Shown: positions 19,983-28,512 of the stretch, piece by piece
Numbering within the stretch: position 1 is the stretch's first letter
Layout of the letters: each line of letters starts with the position of its first letter
Assembly: GCA_018623275.1 (NCBI GenBank)
Contig: JAAZVU010000001.1
Coordinates: 1 to 44,983, forward strand
Direction of reading: 5' to 3'
Length of the DNA stretch: 44,983 nt
Origin: Flavobacteriales bacterium
Lineage (GTDB): Bacteria; Bacteroidota; Bacteroidia; Flavobacteriales; Schleiferiaceae
The notes under the pieces: model-generated
Told to the model about the DNA's origin: nothing
Databases searched by the model: none
The model's input: only the letters and a program-made list of their open reading frames with translations
Translations under genes and position numbers: made by a program

Positions 19983-21248
19983 CTAGTTGCCAAACACAGC
20001 CTCTAGCACGGCCTTGGCTTGAACGCTTCTTTCATAAGGAGCCGTAAGCGCTGTGTCCAACCTTGGACTTTGCTGCTTGTGAGATTTCAAGAAATCAACA
20101 ATTCCCGCTGTATTTCCATAGCTGAAGACCTCCCCTGCCTGAGCATCGCGAATGATCCCTGCCGCATCCCCATCCACTGGACCCAATCCCAAAATAGGAT
20201 TACCGGCACCTAGATAGTCAAAGAGCTTCCCTGGAATATGTCCTTTTGCACTCTCAACCTCCGGGAGCAAGAACAGCGACAAGTGACTGGCCATCATCAT
20301 GGCATTCAGCTTCTTTTTTGGTACATAATCCACAAACTCTAAAAGAACATGCTCTGCAGCCTTTTCTAGGCGCTCCTTGCTCAGTCCGTCCCAAGAACCA
20401 ATGACTTTAAGAACTACAGGAAAGTCGAGCTGATTCAGTGCAGCTATAAAATCGGCCACAGGATATTGTGCCGCCAAGGTACCCGCATAGGTGATGGTGA
20501 ATTCCTCGGGCCGACGGGCTTGCTCGTCAGCAAAATCTTCGGCATCAAAACCGTTGGTCACCGTGTGCACCTTAGTCGTCGGCACTGCGCCTTTACTTTG
20601 GTAGAGCGTGCTCCATGCAGGACTGACGCTCAACAAAGCATCGCAAGTAGAGAACACCTTTCGTTCTAGACCGCGCTCGTAGACCCTAGTAAGGGCGGTA
20701 GGGTAAAATTTTCGATAGTAGTAGATATCCGTCCAAGGATCGCGGAAATCAGCGGTCCAATGGATGCCATGATTCCGTTTCAACTTCAATCCGACCAATT
20801 GGGTACTGTGTGGTGGAGAAGTTGTAATCCAATGCCTCACATCATGTCTCAATTTAATTTGCTCCGCAGCCCGATAGGCATGATTGTTCCAGCCTTTTCG
20901 GGCGTCAGGAACAAAGAAATTGCCTCGTACGAATCGAGCAATTTTCTGCAACATACTCACCTTGGCATCCTCACCACTAAATCCACTAAAAGGCACCTGC
21001 TTCTTGCCGGTCACCTTCTTGTAGGCACCGAACTTTTCATTGGTCCCAGTGCGAATGACTGTAATCCCATCGGCCACATCGGCTTGTAAGCCTTCATCGC
21101 GAAGTGGGTAGGTGGCCTTATCGGCATCAACAGTAACCACGAACAGCTCTACGCCTTCGCGAGCGAGATATTTACTGAGCTTCAACCAACGCTGAACGCC
21201 GGGTCCACCCGCAGGAGGCCAATAATATGTGATGATCCCTAGTTTCAA
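19983..21248 (-). CDS. Glycosyltransferase family 4 protein
   Basis: 421 aa. The N-terminus MKLGIITYYWPPAGGPGVQRW is typical of a Bacteroidota GT4 group, with a GT-B C-terminal half. TTG start 2 nt after the upstream stop. Confidence 0.85.
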   Translation of the reverse strand: MKLGIITYYWPPAGGPGVQRWLKLSKYLAREGVELFVVTVDADKATYPLRDEGLQADVADGITVIRTGTNEKFGAYKKVTGKKQVPFSGFSGEDAKVSMLQKIARFVRGNFFVPDARKGWNNHAYRAAEQIKLRHDVRHWITTSPPHSTQLVGLKLKRNHGIHWTADFRDPWTDIYYYRKFYPTALTRVYERGLERKVFSTCDALLSVSPAWSTLYQSKGAVPTTKVHTVTNGFDAEDFADEQARRPEEFTITYAGTLAAQYPVADFIAALNQLDFPVVLKVIGSWDGLSKERLEKAAEHVLLEFVDYVPKKKLNAMMMASHLSLFLLPEVESAKGHIPGKLFDYLGAGNPILGLGPVDGDAAGIIRDAQAGEVFSYGNTAGIVDFLKSHKQQSPRLDTALTAPYERSVQAKAVLEAVFGN

Positions 21249-21250
21249 GG

Positions 21251-21442
21251 CTACTTATCTTTTTTCACCTCCTCGTAATCGATGTATTCACCCACGTCTT
21301 TTCTAACACGCGATTTCTTTTCTCCTCGAGGACGAGCTGTATTCCCTTTCCTGCTTCCTCCTTTACCAGAGCCAAAGAATCCGTCTAACCAGCGGAACAC
21401 AAACCAGGCAACAACAGAATAAAGGATAAATCGGAACAACAT
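21251..21442 (-). CDS. Small membrane protein, DUF4834-like
   Basis: 63 aa. One N-terminal TM segment, a basic linker and a C-terminal EYIDYEEV motif that I recall for DUF4834 (unverified). Confidence 0.6.
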   Translation of the reverse strand: MLFRFILYSVVAWFVFRWLDGFFGSGKGGSRKGNTARPRGEKKSRVRKDVGEYIDYEEVKKDK

Positions 21443-21468
21443 ATTTCTTGAATGAATCTAGAGCAATA

Positions 21469-21503
21469 TAAAAAAGAATCCCGGCGCCGATGGCGCCGGG
21501 ATT
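21469..21503 (-). terminator. Rho-independent terminator of carB
   Basis: On the minus strand: aaatcccggcgcc atc ggcgccgggatt followed by cttttttata. The stem is 12 bp. Confidence 0.85.
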
Positions 21504-21523
21504 TCAAAAGTTCTTCAGCTTAA

Positions 21524-24376
21524 TTAGCGGCTCAAATACAAGCTGCGCTCGCTGTATAGTTTCTTAAATACTGGATCTTTCAAATCCTTGATGAATCGGA
21601 TCTCCTCACCTGTAGACTTCATCTCTGGTCCAAGCTTCTTGTTCACATTAGGGAACTTGCTAAATGAGAATACAGGAATCTTGATAGCGAAGCCATCCAT
21701 CTGTGGATTGAAATCAAAGTCTTTCACCTTCTTCGTACCCAACATCACCTTCGTCGCGTAATTCACGTACGGCTCACCGTATGCCTTACAGATAAACGGT
21801 ACAGTACGTGAAGCACGCGGGTTGGCCTCGATGATATACACAACGTCGTCTTTGATAGCGAACTGAATATTGATCAGCCCTTTGGTATCTAGCGCCTTCG
21901 CAATATTGATCGTATGCTCCTTGATTTGCTCCATAACGAGCGGCCCGAGGTTAAACGGCGGCAATACTGCTGAGCTATCGCCCGAGTGAATTCCACACGG
22001 CTCAATGTGCTCCATAATTCCAATAATGTAGGCATCTTCACCATCGCAAATGGCATCAGCCTCTGCTTCGATGGCCCCATCTAAATAGTGGTCAAGAAGT
22101 ACACGGTTGCCTTCAAACTCCTTGAAGAGGTTGATCACGTGGCGCTCGAGTTCTTCTTTGTTGATCACAATCTTCATCCCTTGACCACCCAATACGTACG
22201 AAGGACGCACAAGGATTGGGAAGCCTAGATCATCAGAAATATCCAAAGCTTCATCAGCGTTCGTAGCTACATCAAATTTCGGATACGGAATGTTGATCTC
22301 TTGGAGCAGCGTTGAGAATCGGCCCCTATCTTCTGCCAAATCCAAGGCTTCATAAGAGGTACCGATGATTTCGATGCCGTAACGACTCATCTTCTCAGCC
22401 AATTTCAATGCCGTCTGACCGCCCAACTGAACGATCACACCGCGAGGCTTTTCGTGAAGAATGATATCATAAATATGCTCCCAGAATACCGGCTCGAAGT
22501 ACAGCTTATCTGCAGTATCAAAGTCTGTACTTACCGTCTCTGGGTTACAGTTGATCATGATGGTTTCGTAGCCTTCTTCACGGGCACTCAAAACACCGTG
22601 CACACAGCTGTAATCAAATTCAATACCCTGACCAATGCGGTTAGGTCCCGAACCTAGAACGATGATTTTCTCGCGGTCGGTTACCTCACTTTCATTTTCA
22701 ATAATCTCCACGCCATCCGCAGTCACGTAAGGCATTTCGAAGGTCGAATAGTAATATGGCGTCTGTGCTGGGAACTCTGCAGCACAAGTATCTACAAGCT
22801 TCCAAACACGCTTAATACCAAGATCTGTTCTCTTTTGGTGTACCTCACTTTCGAGGGCACGAATCATGTGCGCAATCTGACGATCGGCAAAACCTTTCAT
22901 CTTCGCCTCTTGGATCAACTCTTTCGGCAGACTCTCAAGGCTGTGCTTTTCAATACGCGCTTGCACTTTCGCGAGATCTTCAATCTCCTTCAAGAACCAC
23001 ATGTCAATCTTCGTGATGTCGAAGATGGTACGCAGTGGAATTCCCATTTGGATCGCATCATAGATGACGAACAAACGGTCCGAAGAAGCGTGCTCTAGTT
23101 TGTGCAAGATGGTGTCCTGATCGGTCAGTCCTTTACCGTCAGCACCCAAGCCATTGCGCTTGATTTCGAGCGATTGCGCAGCTTTATGCAAGGCTTCCTG
23201 GAAGCTGCGGCCAATTCCCATAACCTCCCCTACGGCTTTCATCTGAATGCCTAGTCGCGTATCGGCGCCTTCGAATTTTTCAAAGTTCCAACGAGGGATC
23301 TTTACGATCACATAATCCAAGGTAGGCTCAAAGTATGCCGTCGTCGTTTTGGTGATCTGGTTCATCAGTTCATCCAAGGTGTAACCGATGGCCATCTTGG
23401 CTGCGATCTTAGCGATAGGGTAACCGGTCGCCTTAGATGCCAATGCTGAAGAGCGGCTCACACGAGGGTTAATCTCAATGGCAACGATATCCTCATTTTC
23501 ATCAGGGCTCACTGCGAACTGCACGTTACAACCACCTGCGAATGTTCCAATGCTACGCATCATCTTAATGGCCATATCACGCATCTTTTGGTACGTGGTA
23601 TCGCTCAAAGTCATTGCAGGAGCAACGGTAATTGAATCACCCGTGTGGATACCCATTGGATCCATGTTCTCAATAGAACAGATGATGATAATGTTGTCGT
23701 TTTTATCGCGAAGCAATTCCAGCTCATACTCCTTCCATCCGAGCAGGGCCTTGTCAATCATTACTTCGTGGATAGGACTAATCTCTAGTCCACGGCTGAG
23801 GGCCGTATCAAATTCATCTTCGGTATGCACAAACGTAGCACCCGCACCACCAAGGGTAAATGAGGCACGCACACAAAGTGGGAAGCCAAACTCCTGGGCA
23901 GTTTCTTTACCTCGTAAGAAGCTCTTCGCAATGCGAGACGGTGCCATAGGCACATCAATCTCCTCCATCAATTTGCGGAACTCGTCTCTATCCTCGGTAA
24001 TGTTAATGGCATCAATATCGACACCAATAATTTTTACGCCGTTTTCTTCCCAAATACCCTGCTTATCAGCTTCGATACACAGATTCAATGCAGTCTGACC
24101 TCCCATCGTTGGCAGAACCACATCAATATCTGGATGAGTTTGTAAAATCTCCTCAATACTCTCAACCGTTAACGGTTTGAGGTAAATATTATCCGCAACT
24201 ACCTCATCTGTCATGATGGTTGCTGGGTTAGAATTAATGAGGGTGACAATAATGCCTTCTTCGCGAAGAGAGCGTGAGGCTTGTGAACCTGAATAATCGA
24301 ACTCACATGCTTGGCCAATGACAATTGGACCTGATCCGATTATTAAGACGTGCTTGATGGAAGTATCTTTCGGCAT
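21524..24376 (-). CDS. carB: Carbamoyl-phosphate synthase large subunit (short form, 950 aa)
   Basis: Two ATP-grasp halves, starting IKHVLIIGSGPIVIGQACEFDYSG and KIIVLGSGPNRIGQGIEFDYS. The protein ends soon after the second synthetase domain. Confidence 0.97.
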   Translation of the reverse strand: MPKDTSIKHVLIIGSGPIVIGQACEFDYSGSQASRSLREEGIIVTLINSNPATIMTDEVVADNIYLKPLTVESIEEILQTHPDIDVVLPTMGGQTALNLCIEADKQGIWEENGVKIIGVDIDAINITEDRDEFRKLMEEIDVPMAPSRIAKSFLRGKETAQEFGFPLCVRASFTLGGAGATFVHTEDEFDTALSRGLEISPIHEVMIDKALLGWKEYELELLRDKNDNIIIICSIENMDPMGIHTGDSITVAPAMTLSDTTYQKMRDMAIKMMRSIGTFAGGCNVQFAVSPDENEDIVAIEINPRVSRSSALASKATGYPIAKIAAKMAIGYTLDELMNQITKTTTAYFEPTLDYVIVKIPRWNFEKFEGADTRLGIQMKAVGEVMGIGRSFQEALHKAAQSLEIKRNGLGADGKGLTDQDTILHKLEHASSDRLFVIYDAIQMGIPLRTIFDITKIDMWFLKEIEDLAKVQARIEKHSLESLPKELIQEAKMKGFADRQIAHMIRALESEVHQKRTDLGIKRVWKLVDTCAAEFPAQTPYYYSTFEMPYVTADGVEIIENESEVTDREKIIVLGSGPNRIGQGIEFDYSCVHGVLSAREEGYETIMINCNPETVSTDFDTADKLYFEPVFWEHIYDIILHEKPRGVIVQLGGQTALKLAEKMSRYGIEIIGTSYEALDLAEDRGRFSTLLQEINIPYPKFDVATNADEALDISDDLGFPILVRPSYVLGGQGMKIVINKEELERHVINLFKEFEGNRVLLDHYLDGAIEAEADAICDGEDAYIIGIMEHIEPCGIHSGDSSAVLPPFNLGPLVMEQIKEHTINIAKALDTKGLINIQFAIKDDVVYIIEANPRASRTVPFICKAYGEPYVNYATKVMLGTKKVKDFDFNPQMDGFAIKIPVFSFSKFPNVNKKLGPEMKSTGEEIRFIKDLKDPVFKKLYSERSLYLSR

Positions 24377-24392
24377 GAACTTAAGATTTGTG

Positions 24393-24400
24393 CAAATTTA
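24393..24400 (-). promoter_or_regulatory. -7 box (TAAATTTG) candidate for carB
   Basis: TAnnTTTG match with 16 nt between the box and ATG 24376, located just downstream of the rpmH terminator. Confidence 0.4.
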
Positions 24401-24414
24401 GGCGCCTTGAGGCC

Positions 24415-24443
24415 AAAAAAAAGGTGTTGCGAATGGCAACACC
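24415..24443 (-). terminator. Rho-independent terminator of rpmH
   Basis: Stem ggtgttgc / gcaacacc with loop gaatg, followed on the minus strand by T8. Confidence 0.85.
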
Positions 24444-24471
24444 TATATATTATCAAAAGGTTTTGAACATC

Positions 24472-24630
24472 TTAACCTTTGTAATTTCCTTTATCACTAA
24501 CAGTCAAACGCTTACGACCCTTAGAACGGCGAGACGCCAATACTTTACGGCCATCAGTGCTTTCCATTCTTGAACGGAATCCGTGCTTGTTTCTACGTTT
24601 TCTATTGCTAGGTTGAAATGTACGCTTCAT
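24472..24630 (-). CDS. rpmH: 50S ribosomal protein L34
   Basis: Manual translation gives [52 protein letters not shown] (52 aa). It is below the track's size cut-off. The track ORF 24388..24573(+) is its antisense artefact. Confidence 0.95.
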   Translation of the reverse strand: MKRTFQPSNRKRRNKHGFRSRMESTDGRKVLASRRSKGRKRLTVSDKGNYKG

Positions 24631-24665
24631 AACTACTTCTATTAACCCGTTATTCTTCGGGGGTG

Positions 24666-24695
24666 CAAATATAAGCCCTTCTATTTATCCTACAA
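24666..24695 (-). promoter_or_regulatory. Bacteroidota-type promoter candidate for rpmH (-7 TATATTTG 24666-24673, -33 TTG 24693-24695)
   Basis: Exact -7 match with 35 nt between the box and the ATG. A TTG lies 19 bp upstream of the -7 box. Confidence 0.5.
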
Positions 24696-24816
24696 CCCAT
24701 GAGGCTAAAAAATGTTGGACTTATTTTTCTCTTAAATCGATTTTCAAATATATCCCTTGTTACCGACAATTGATACCTTTAGCGGATAATGAATCTATGA
24801 CGTTTGTTTGAGCATC

Positions 24817-24824
24817 TATATTTG
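24817..24824 (+). promoter_or_regulatory. -7 box (TATATTTG) candidate for the methyltransferase gene
   Basis: TAnnTTTG match with 24 nt between the box and ATG 24849. No well-spaced -33 element. Confidence 0.35.
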
Positions 24825-24848
24825 AGCTGAAGAAACAAACACATATCA

Positions 24849-25460
24849 ATGATCGCAACTATGGCTAACCCTTCTGCAATGTGGGACTCGAGATACAGCA
24901 AACGCATCTATGCTTACGGCAAGGAACCAAATGAGTTCTTCGCGAGTGAATTATCGAAAATTCCAACGGCAGGCTTGCTACTACCCGGAGATGGCGAAGG
25001 ACGAAATGCCGTACACGCCTTGAAAAATGGCTGGAATGTCATCGCTTTTGACCAAAGCGAGAAAGGGCGTGACAAGGCGGTTGCATTAGCCGAAGATCAT
25101 GGATTGGAATTAGATTTCACCGTGGCTGATGCTCGTGAATTTCAATGCCCTGTACTAGTCGATGTATTGGCTTTTTGTTATTTCCACTTGCCAGCAACCG
25201 ATGTCCATAATATTTATCACAAGTTGAATGGCTTCCTAGCACCAGGAGGCAACCTCATCTTTGAAGCTTTCTCAACCCAGAACATAGGAATGGGCAGCGG
25301 CGGTCCACAAACCGAGAGCATGTGCTTCACCGCCAGCGAGGTAAAAAGCATGTTCAGTTCGTTTAAGGAAGTGGAAGTGTGGGAGGAAAAAATCACGCTC
25401 AAAGAAGGCCTCTATCACGACGGTGAGGCATGGGTTATTCGTGCCCGTGGCATTAAATAA
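24849..25460 (+). CDS. Class I SAM-dependent methyltransferase
   Basis: 203 aa. Motif I LLPGDGEGRNAVHALKNGWNVIAFDQS and a Rossmann-like layout. Confidence 0.8.
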   Translation: MIATMANPSAMWDSRYSKRIYAYGKEPNEFFASELSKIPTAGLLLPGDGEGRNAVHALKNGWNVIAFDQSEKGRDKAVALAEDHGLELDFTVADAREFQCPVLVDVLAFCYFHLPATDVHNIYHKLNGFLAPGGNLIFEAFSTQNIGMGSGGPQTESMCFTASEVKSMFSSFKEVEVWEEKITLKEGLYHDGEAWVIRARGIK

Positions 25461-25482
25461 GCAACACCAATTTTATTATACG

Positions 25483-25490
25483 TAGCTTTG
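25483..25490 (+). promoter_or_regulatory. -7 box (TAGCTTTG) candidate for the DEAD-box helicase gene, implying a leader of over 100 nt
   Basis: TAnnTTTG match with 119 nt between the box and ATG 25610 (107 nt to TTG 25598). Confidence 0.4.
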
Positions 25491-25609
25491 CACCTGATTT
25501 TTAGGGGTGTCTATCTTCCATGTAGGGTAAAATTGAAAGGAAGCGCTGACACTCTTGTAGGCGTACCCAGCGGAACTGGGCAATTTTAAAGGCCGATTTG
25601 GCCAACCTT

Positions 25610-27664
25610 ATGGAAACGTATAAAGACAGCGGTCTTCACCCGGATATCATCCGCGGTGTAGAAGCATTAGGATTCGTTGAACCGACTCCTATCCAAAAAA
25701 TGAGCATAGAACATTTGCTCGAAGAACAAACAGACCTTATTGCATTCGCTCAAACTGGAACTGGTAAAACGGCAGCGTTTTCGCTACCTATCCTACACCA
25801 GCTTGAAGAAGATGTACAACACGTTCAAGCTATCGTTCTTGCGCCAACGCGTGAACTTTGTTTGCAGATTGCAAAAGACATTGAGTCCTATGCAAAATTC
25901 ATGGACGTGAAAGTGACTGCCGTGTATGGTGGCTCACCTATCTCGAAACAAATTAAAGAACTCCAAGGCCGCCCGCAAATTGTCGTGGGTACACCAGGAC
26001 GTACTCTTGATTTGATCGAGCGACGCAAACTTCGCATTGAGGATGTCCAATTCCTGGTGCTGGATGAAGCAGATGAAATGCTAAGCATGGGGTTCCAAGA
26101 TGAATTGGACGCCATTTTAGCGAATACACCAGAGTACAAACAAACGCTTTGCTTCTCGGCTACAATGCCGGACGGAATGAAGCATTTGACGAAGAAATAC
26201 CTCAAGGAGCCTAAAGAAATCTCTGCAGGCAAGCGCAATATTAGTGCGTCGAATGTAGAGCATGAACTTTATGTAGTTAGCTCTAAAAACACCTATGAGG
26301 CCATGCGCCGCATCCTCGATTTCAATCCTGAGATGTACGGGATTGTCTTCTGTCGTACGCGTAGAGAAACGCAAAGCATCGCAGAGCAACTTGTAAATGA
26401 CGGATACCGTGCGGAAGCTATCCACGGTGACCTAAGTCAGGCACAGCGTGATGATGTAATGAAGCGCTTTAGAAATAAATCGCTCAACGTTATGGTTGCT
26501 ACCGATGTAGCCGCACGTGGTATTGATGTAAATGACCTTACCCACGTCATCAACGTAAATATTCCTGACGATCCAGAAGTATACGTTCACCGTTCAGGAC
26601 GTACAGGACGTGCAGGAGCAAGCGGTATCTCGCTTGTCATCACTCACGGTCGTAACATGCGCAAAGTGAAAACTCTGGAGCGTGTTATTGGTAAGACCTT
26701 TGAAACTAAACTAGTTCCTTCTGGTGAAGATATTTGCCAAGTAAAGATGCGTCAGGCTATTGGCGATCTTGAAAAGATGGACCACGTATATGAGCTCGAT
26801 CCACAATTAGTGGAAGAAGCCATGGATAAATTGGCACACTTAAGTAAGGCTGATCTCATTGAGCGCTTCTTGGGTCATGAGGTAAGCACTATCCTCAGCC
26901 GTTACCGCGGGGCTAGAAATATCAACGAGACCGCCAAGAAAGCGAAAGAGCACGGACGTAGAGATTCACGCACAGGAAGTGAAGAGGGCTTCAAAACTAT
27001 TGTTGTTGACCTTGGCTACCGTCAAAACGTGAATCCATCAAGACTAATGGGCGTTATTAATGACGCTATGGACGGAGCAAAAGTGCGTATCGGTAAGATT
27101 GATATGGACAAAACCTTCACTCGTATCGATGTTGAGGAGCGCCATGCAACAGAAATTGCCGCACGACTTTCTGGAGCAAAAACCGGATCTTATGTAATCA
27201 ACGCCTACTTTGAAGAGGGCGGCGCGAAGCCACAGCGTAGCGGTGGACGCAGCAGCTACGGCGGTGGACGTCGTGATGATCGAGGCGGCAGAGACCGCGG
27301 TGGTCGCGGACGCAGAGATGGTGGCAATAGCTTTGAAAAAAGAGGACGTAGAGAAGATCGCGGCGGCTTTGAAAATAGAGGTCGACGCGAGGATCGCGGC
27401 GGCTTTGAGCGCAGAGAACGTCGCGACGACAGAGGCGGTTTCGAGCGTAGAGAACGTCGCGACTTTAACGACCGTCCTAGAAGAGAAGATGGCGGATCGA
27501 ATAGATTTGGTCGCGATTTCAAAGATCGCTTAGAATCTCGCGAAGACCGTCCAAGAAGAAAGAGAATAGGCGAAGACAGATTTGACGGTGGAAAGCGCAA
27601 ATCTTCTAAGTCAAAATCCAAAGGAAGTTCTAAATTTAAGGGCGCACCAAGGAGAAATAGATAA
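25610..27664 (+). CDS. deaD: DEAD-box ATP-dependent RNA helicase with DbpA-type RNA-binding domain and RGG/RD-rich tail
   Basis: Motifs PTPIQ, AQTGTGKT, VLDEADEM, SAT, ATDVAARGID and HRSGRTGRAG, followed by a DbpA-like domain and a basic tail of about 130 aa. The track starts at TTG 25598. ATG 25610 is equally possible. Confidence 0.92.
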   Translation: METYKDSGLHPDIIRGVEALGFVEPTPIQKMSIEHLLEEQTDLIAFAQTGTGKTAAFSLPILHQLEEDVQHVQAIVLAPTRELCLQIAKDIESYAKFMDVKVTAVYGGSPISKQIKELQGRPQIVVGTPGRTLDLIERRKLRIEDVQFLVLDEADEMLSMGFQDELDAILANTPEYKQTLCFSATMPDGMKHLTKKYLKEPKEISAGKRNISASNVEHELYVVSSKNTYEAMRRILDFNPEMYGIVFCRTRRETQSIAEQLVNDGYRAEAIHGDLSQAQRDDVMKRFRNKSLNVMVATDVAARGIDVNDLTHVINVNIPDDPEVYVHRSGRTGRAGASGISLVITHGRNMRKVKTLERVIGKTFETKLVPSGEDICQVKMRQAIGDLEKMDHVYELDPQLVEEAMDKLAHLSKADLIERFLGHEVSTILSRYRGARNINETAKKAKEHGRRDSRTGSEEGFKTIVVDLGYRQNVNPSRLMGVINDAMDGAKVRIGKIDMDKTFTRIDVEERHATEIAARLSGAKTGSYVINAYFEEGGAKPQRSGGRSSYGGGRRDDRGGRDRGGRGRRDGGNSFEKRGRREDRGGFENRGRREDRGGFERRERRDDRGGFERRERRDFNDRPRREDGGSNRFGRDFKDRLESREDRPRRKRIGEDRFDGGKRKSSKSKSKGSSKFKGAPRRNR
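27341..27463 (+). repeat. In-frame 36-nt tandem repeat (3.4 copies) encoding RGRREDRGGFE(N/R) / RERRDDRGGFER
   Basis: Units at 27341-27376, 27377-27412, 27413-27448 and a partial unit at 27449-27463. All are in the helicase reading frame. Confidence 0.85.
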
Positions 27665-28482
27665 TGAAATCATTCAAAGGCAAAGTAGTTTGGATAACCG
27701 GAGCGAGCAGTGGCATAGGCCGTGCTTTAGCCAAAGCTTATTCTGACGAAGGAGCCTTTGTGATCATCTCTGCCAGAAGAGTAGAACTGCTTGAAGAAGT
27801 TAAATCGAGTGTAAAAGAACCGTCGAATTGTATGGTTCTTCCACTCGATCTTAGCGAACACAGCAGCGCTTCAAATTGGGTCAAAGAAGCACTCTCCTTT
27901 AAAGGCCATATCGACATCCTCATTAATAATGGCGGCATAGGTCACCTAGGATTAGTGCAGGACATGGACTTCGAAGTAGAACGCAAAGTGATGGAAGTCA
28001 ATTTTTGGGCAGCCGCAGCGTTGACCAAAGCAGTGCTACCGTCTATGCTTGAGAGAAACCAAGGTGAGATTTGGACGGTCGCAAGCATTCTTGCTTATTT
28101 CGGGAGTCCAAAGCTCGCAGCATATGCGGCAAGCAAATTTGCTGTCATGGGTTATTTCGAATCCTTGCAATATGAATTGGCTGGAACTGGCATCCATGCA
28201 GGTATCTTAAGTCCTGGCTTTATCAATACAGCAGTTACCTTAAGCAGTCTTGGACCGGACGGCAAGCCTATTGGTAAGAACAGTGTCGCACAGGAGAAAG
28301 GAATGTTGCCGGAAGAATTGGCACAAAAATTTCTCAATAAAACAAGAAAGGTAAGTCCACCAAAGAACATCGTCATTGGAAAATATGAGCGCTTTTCTGT
28401 TCCATTTAAGCGCGTCCTTCCCGGTCTATTTCGGATTGTCTACGGAAAACTGACGAATGTCACTCGCAAGAAGAAGGACTAA
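27664..28482 (+). CDS. Classical short-chain dehydrogenase/reductase (SDR)
   Basis: Motifs TGASSGIGRALA, NNGGIG and YAASKFAV (YxxxK). TAATG overlap with the helicase stop. Confidence 0.9.
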   Translation: MKSFKGKVVWITGASSGIGRALAKAYSDEGAFVIISARRVELLEEVKSSVKEPSNCMVLPLDLSEHSSASNWVKEALSFKGHIDILINNGGIGHLGLVQDMDFEVERKVMEVNFWAAAALTKAVLPSMLERNQGEIWTVASILAYFGSPKLAAYAASKFAVMGYFESLQYELAGTGIHAGILSPGFINTAVTLSSLGPDGKPIGKNSVAQEKGMLPEELAQKFLNKTRKVSPPKNIVIGKYERFSVPFKRVLPGLFRIVYGKLTNVTRKKKD

Positions 28483-28485
28483 ACT

Positions 28486-28493
28486 TATATTTG
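28486..28493 (+). promoter_or_regulatory. -7 box (TATATTTG) candidate for the 2OG-Fe(II) oxygenase gene
   Basis: TAnnTTTG match with 19 nt between the box and ATG 28513. Confidence 0.45.
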
Positions 28494-28512
28494 GATTCAA
28501 ATCTACAGACTC

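Noticed and set aside
23478-24098. 206-aa plus-strand ORF inside carB.
   Set aside because: It is antisense to a very strongly conserved carB region. Its translation is low-complexity (Ser/Ile/Asn-rich) with no recognisable motif.
24388-24573. 61-aa plus-strand ORF.
   Set aside because: It is antisense to the unmistakable rpmH (L34) coding sequence and spans its terminator.
24699-24773. 24-codon ORF (MRLKNVGLIFLLNRFSNISLVTDN) in the rpmH/methyltransferase intergenic region.
   Set aside because: It is very short with no supporting promoter box or conservation evidence. The region is better explained by the two divergent promoters.
27210-27621. ORFs 27210..27533(+) and 27256..27621(-) over the helicase tail.
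   Set aside because: They are by-products of the periodic AGA/CGN/GGN repeat coding region, which lacks stop codons in several frames. The translations are pure low-complexity (A/V/E or P/S/R/L).
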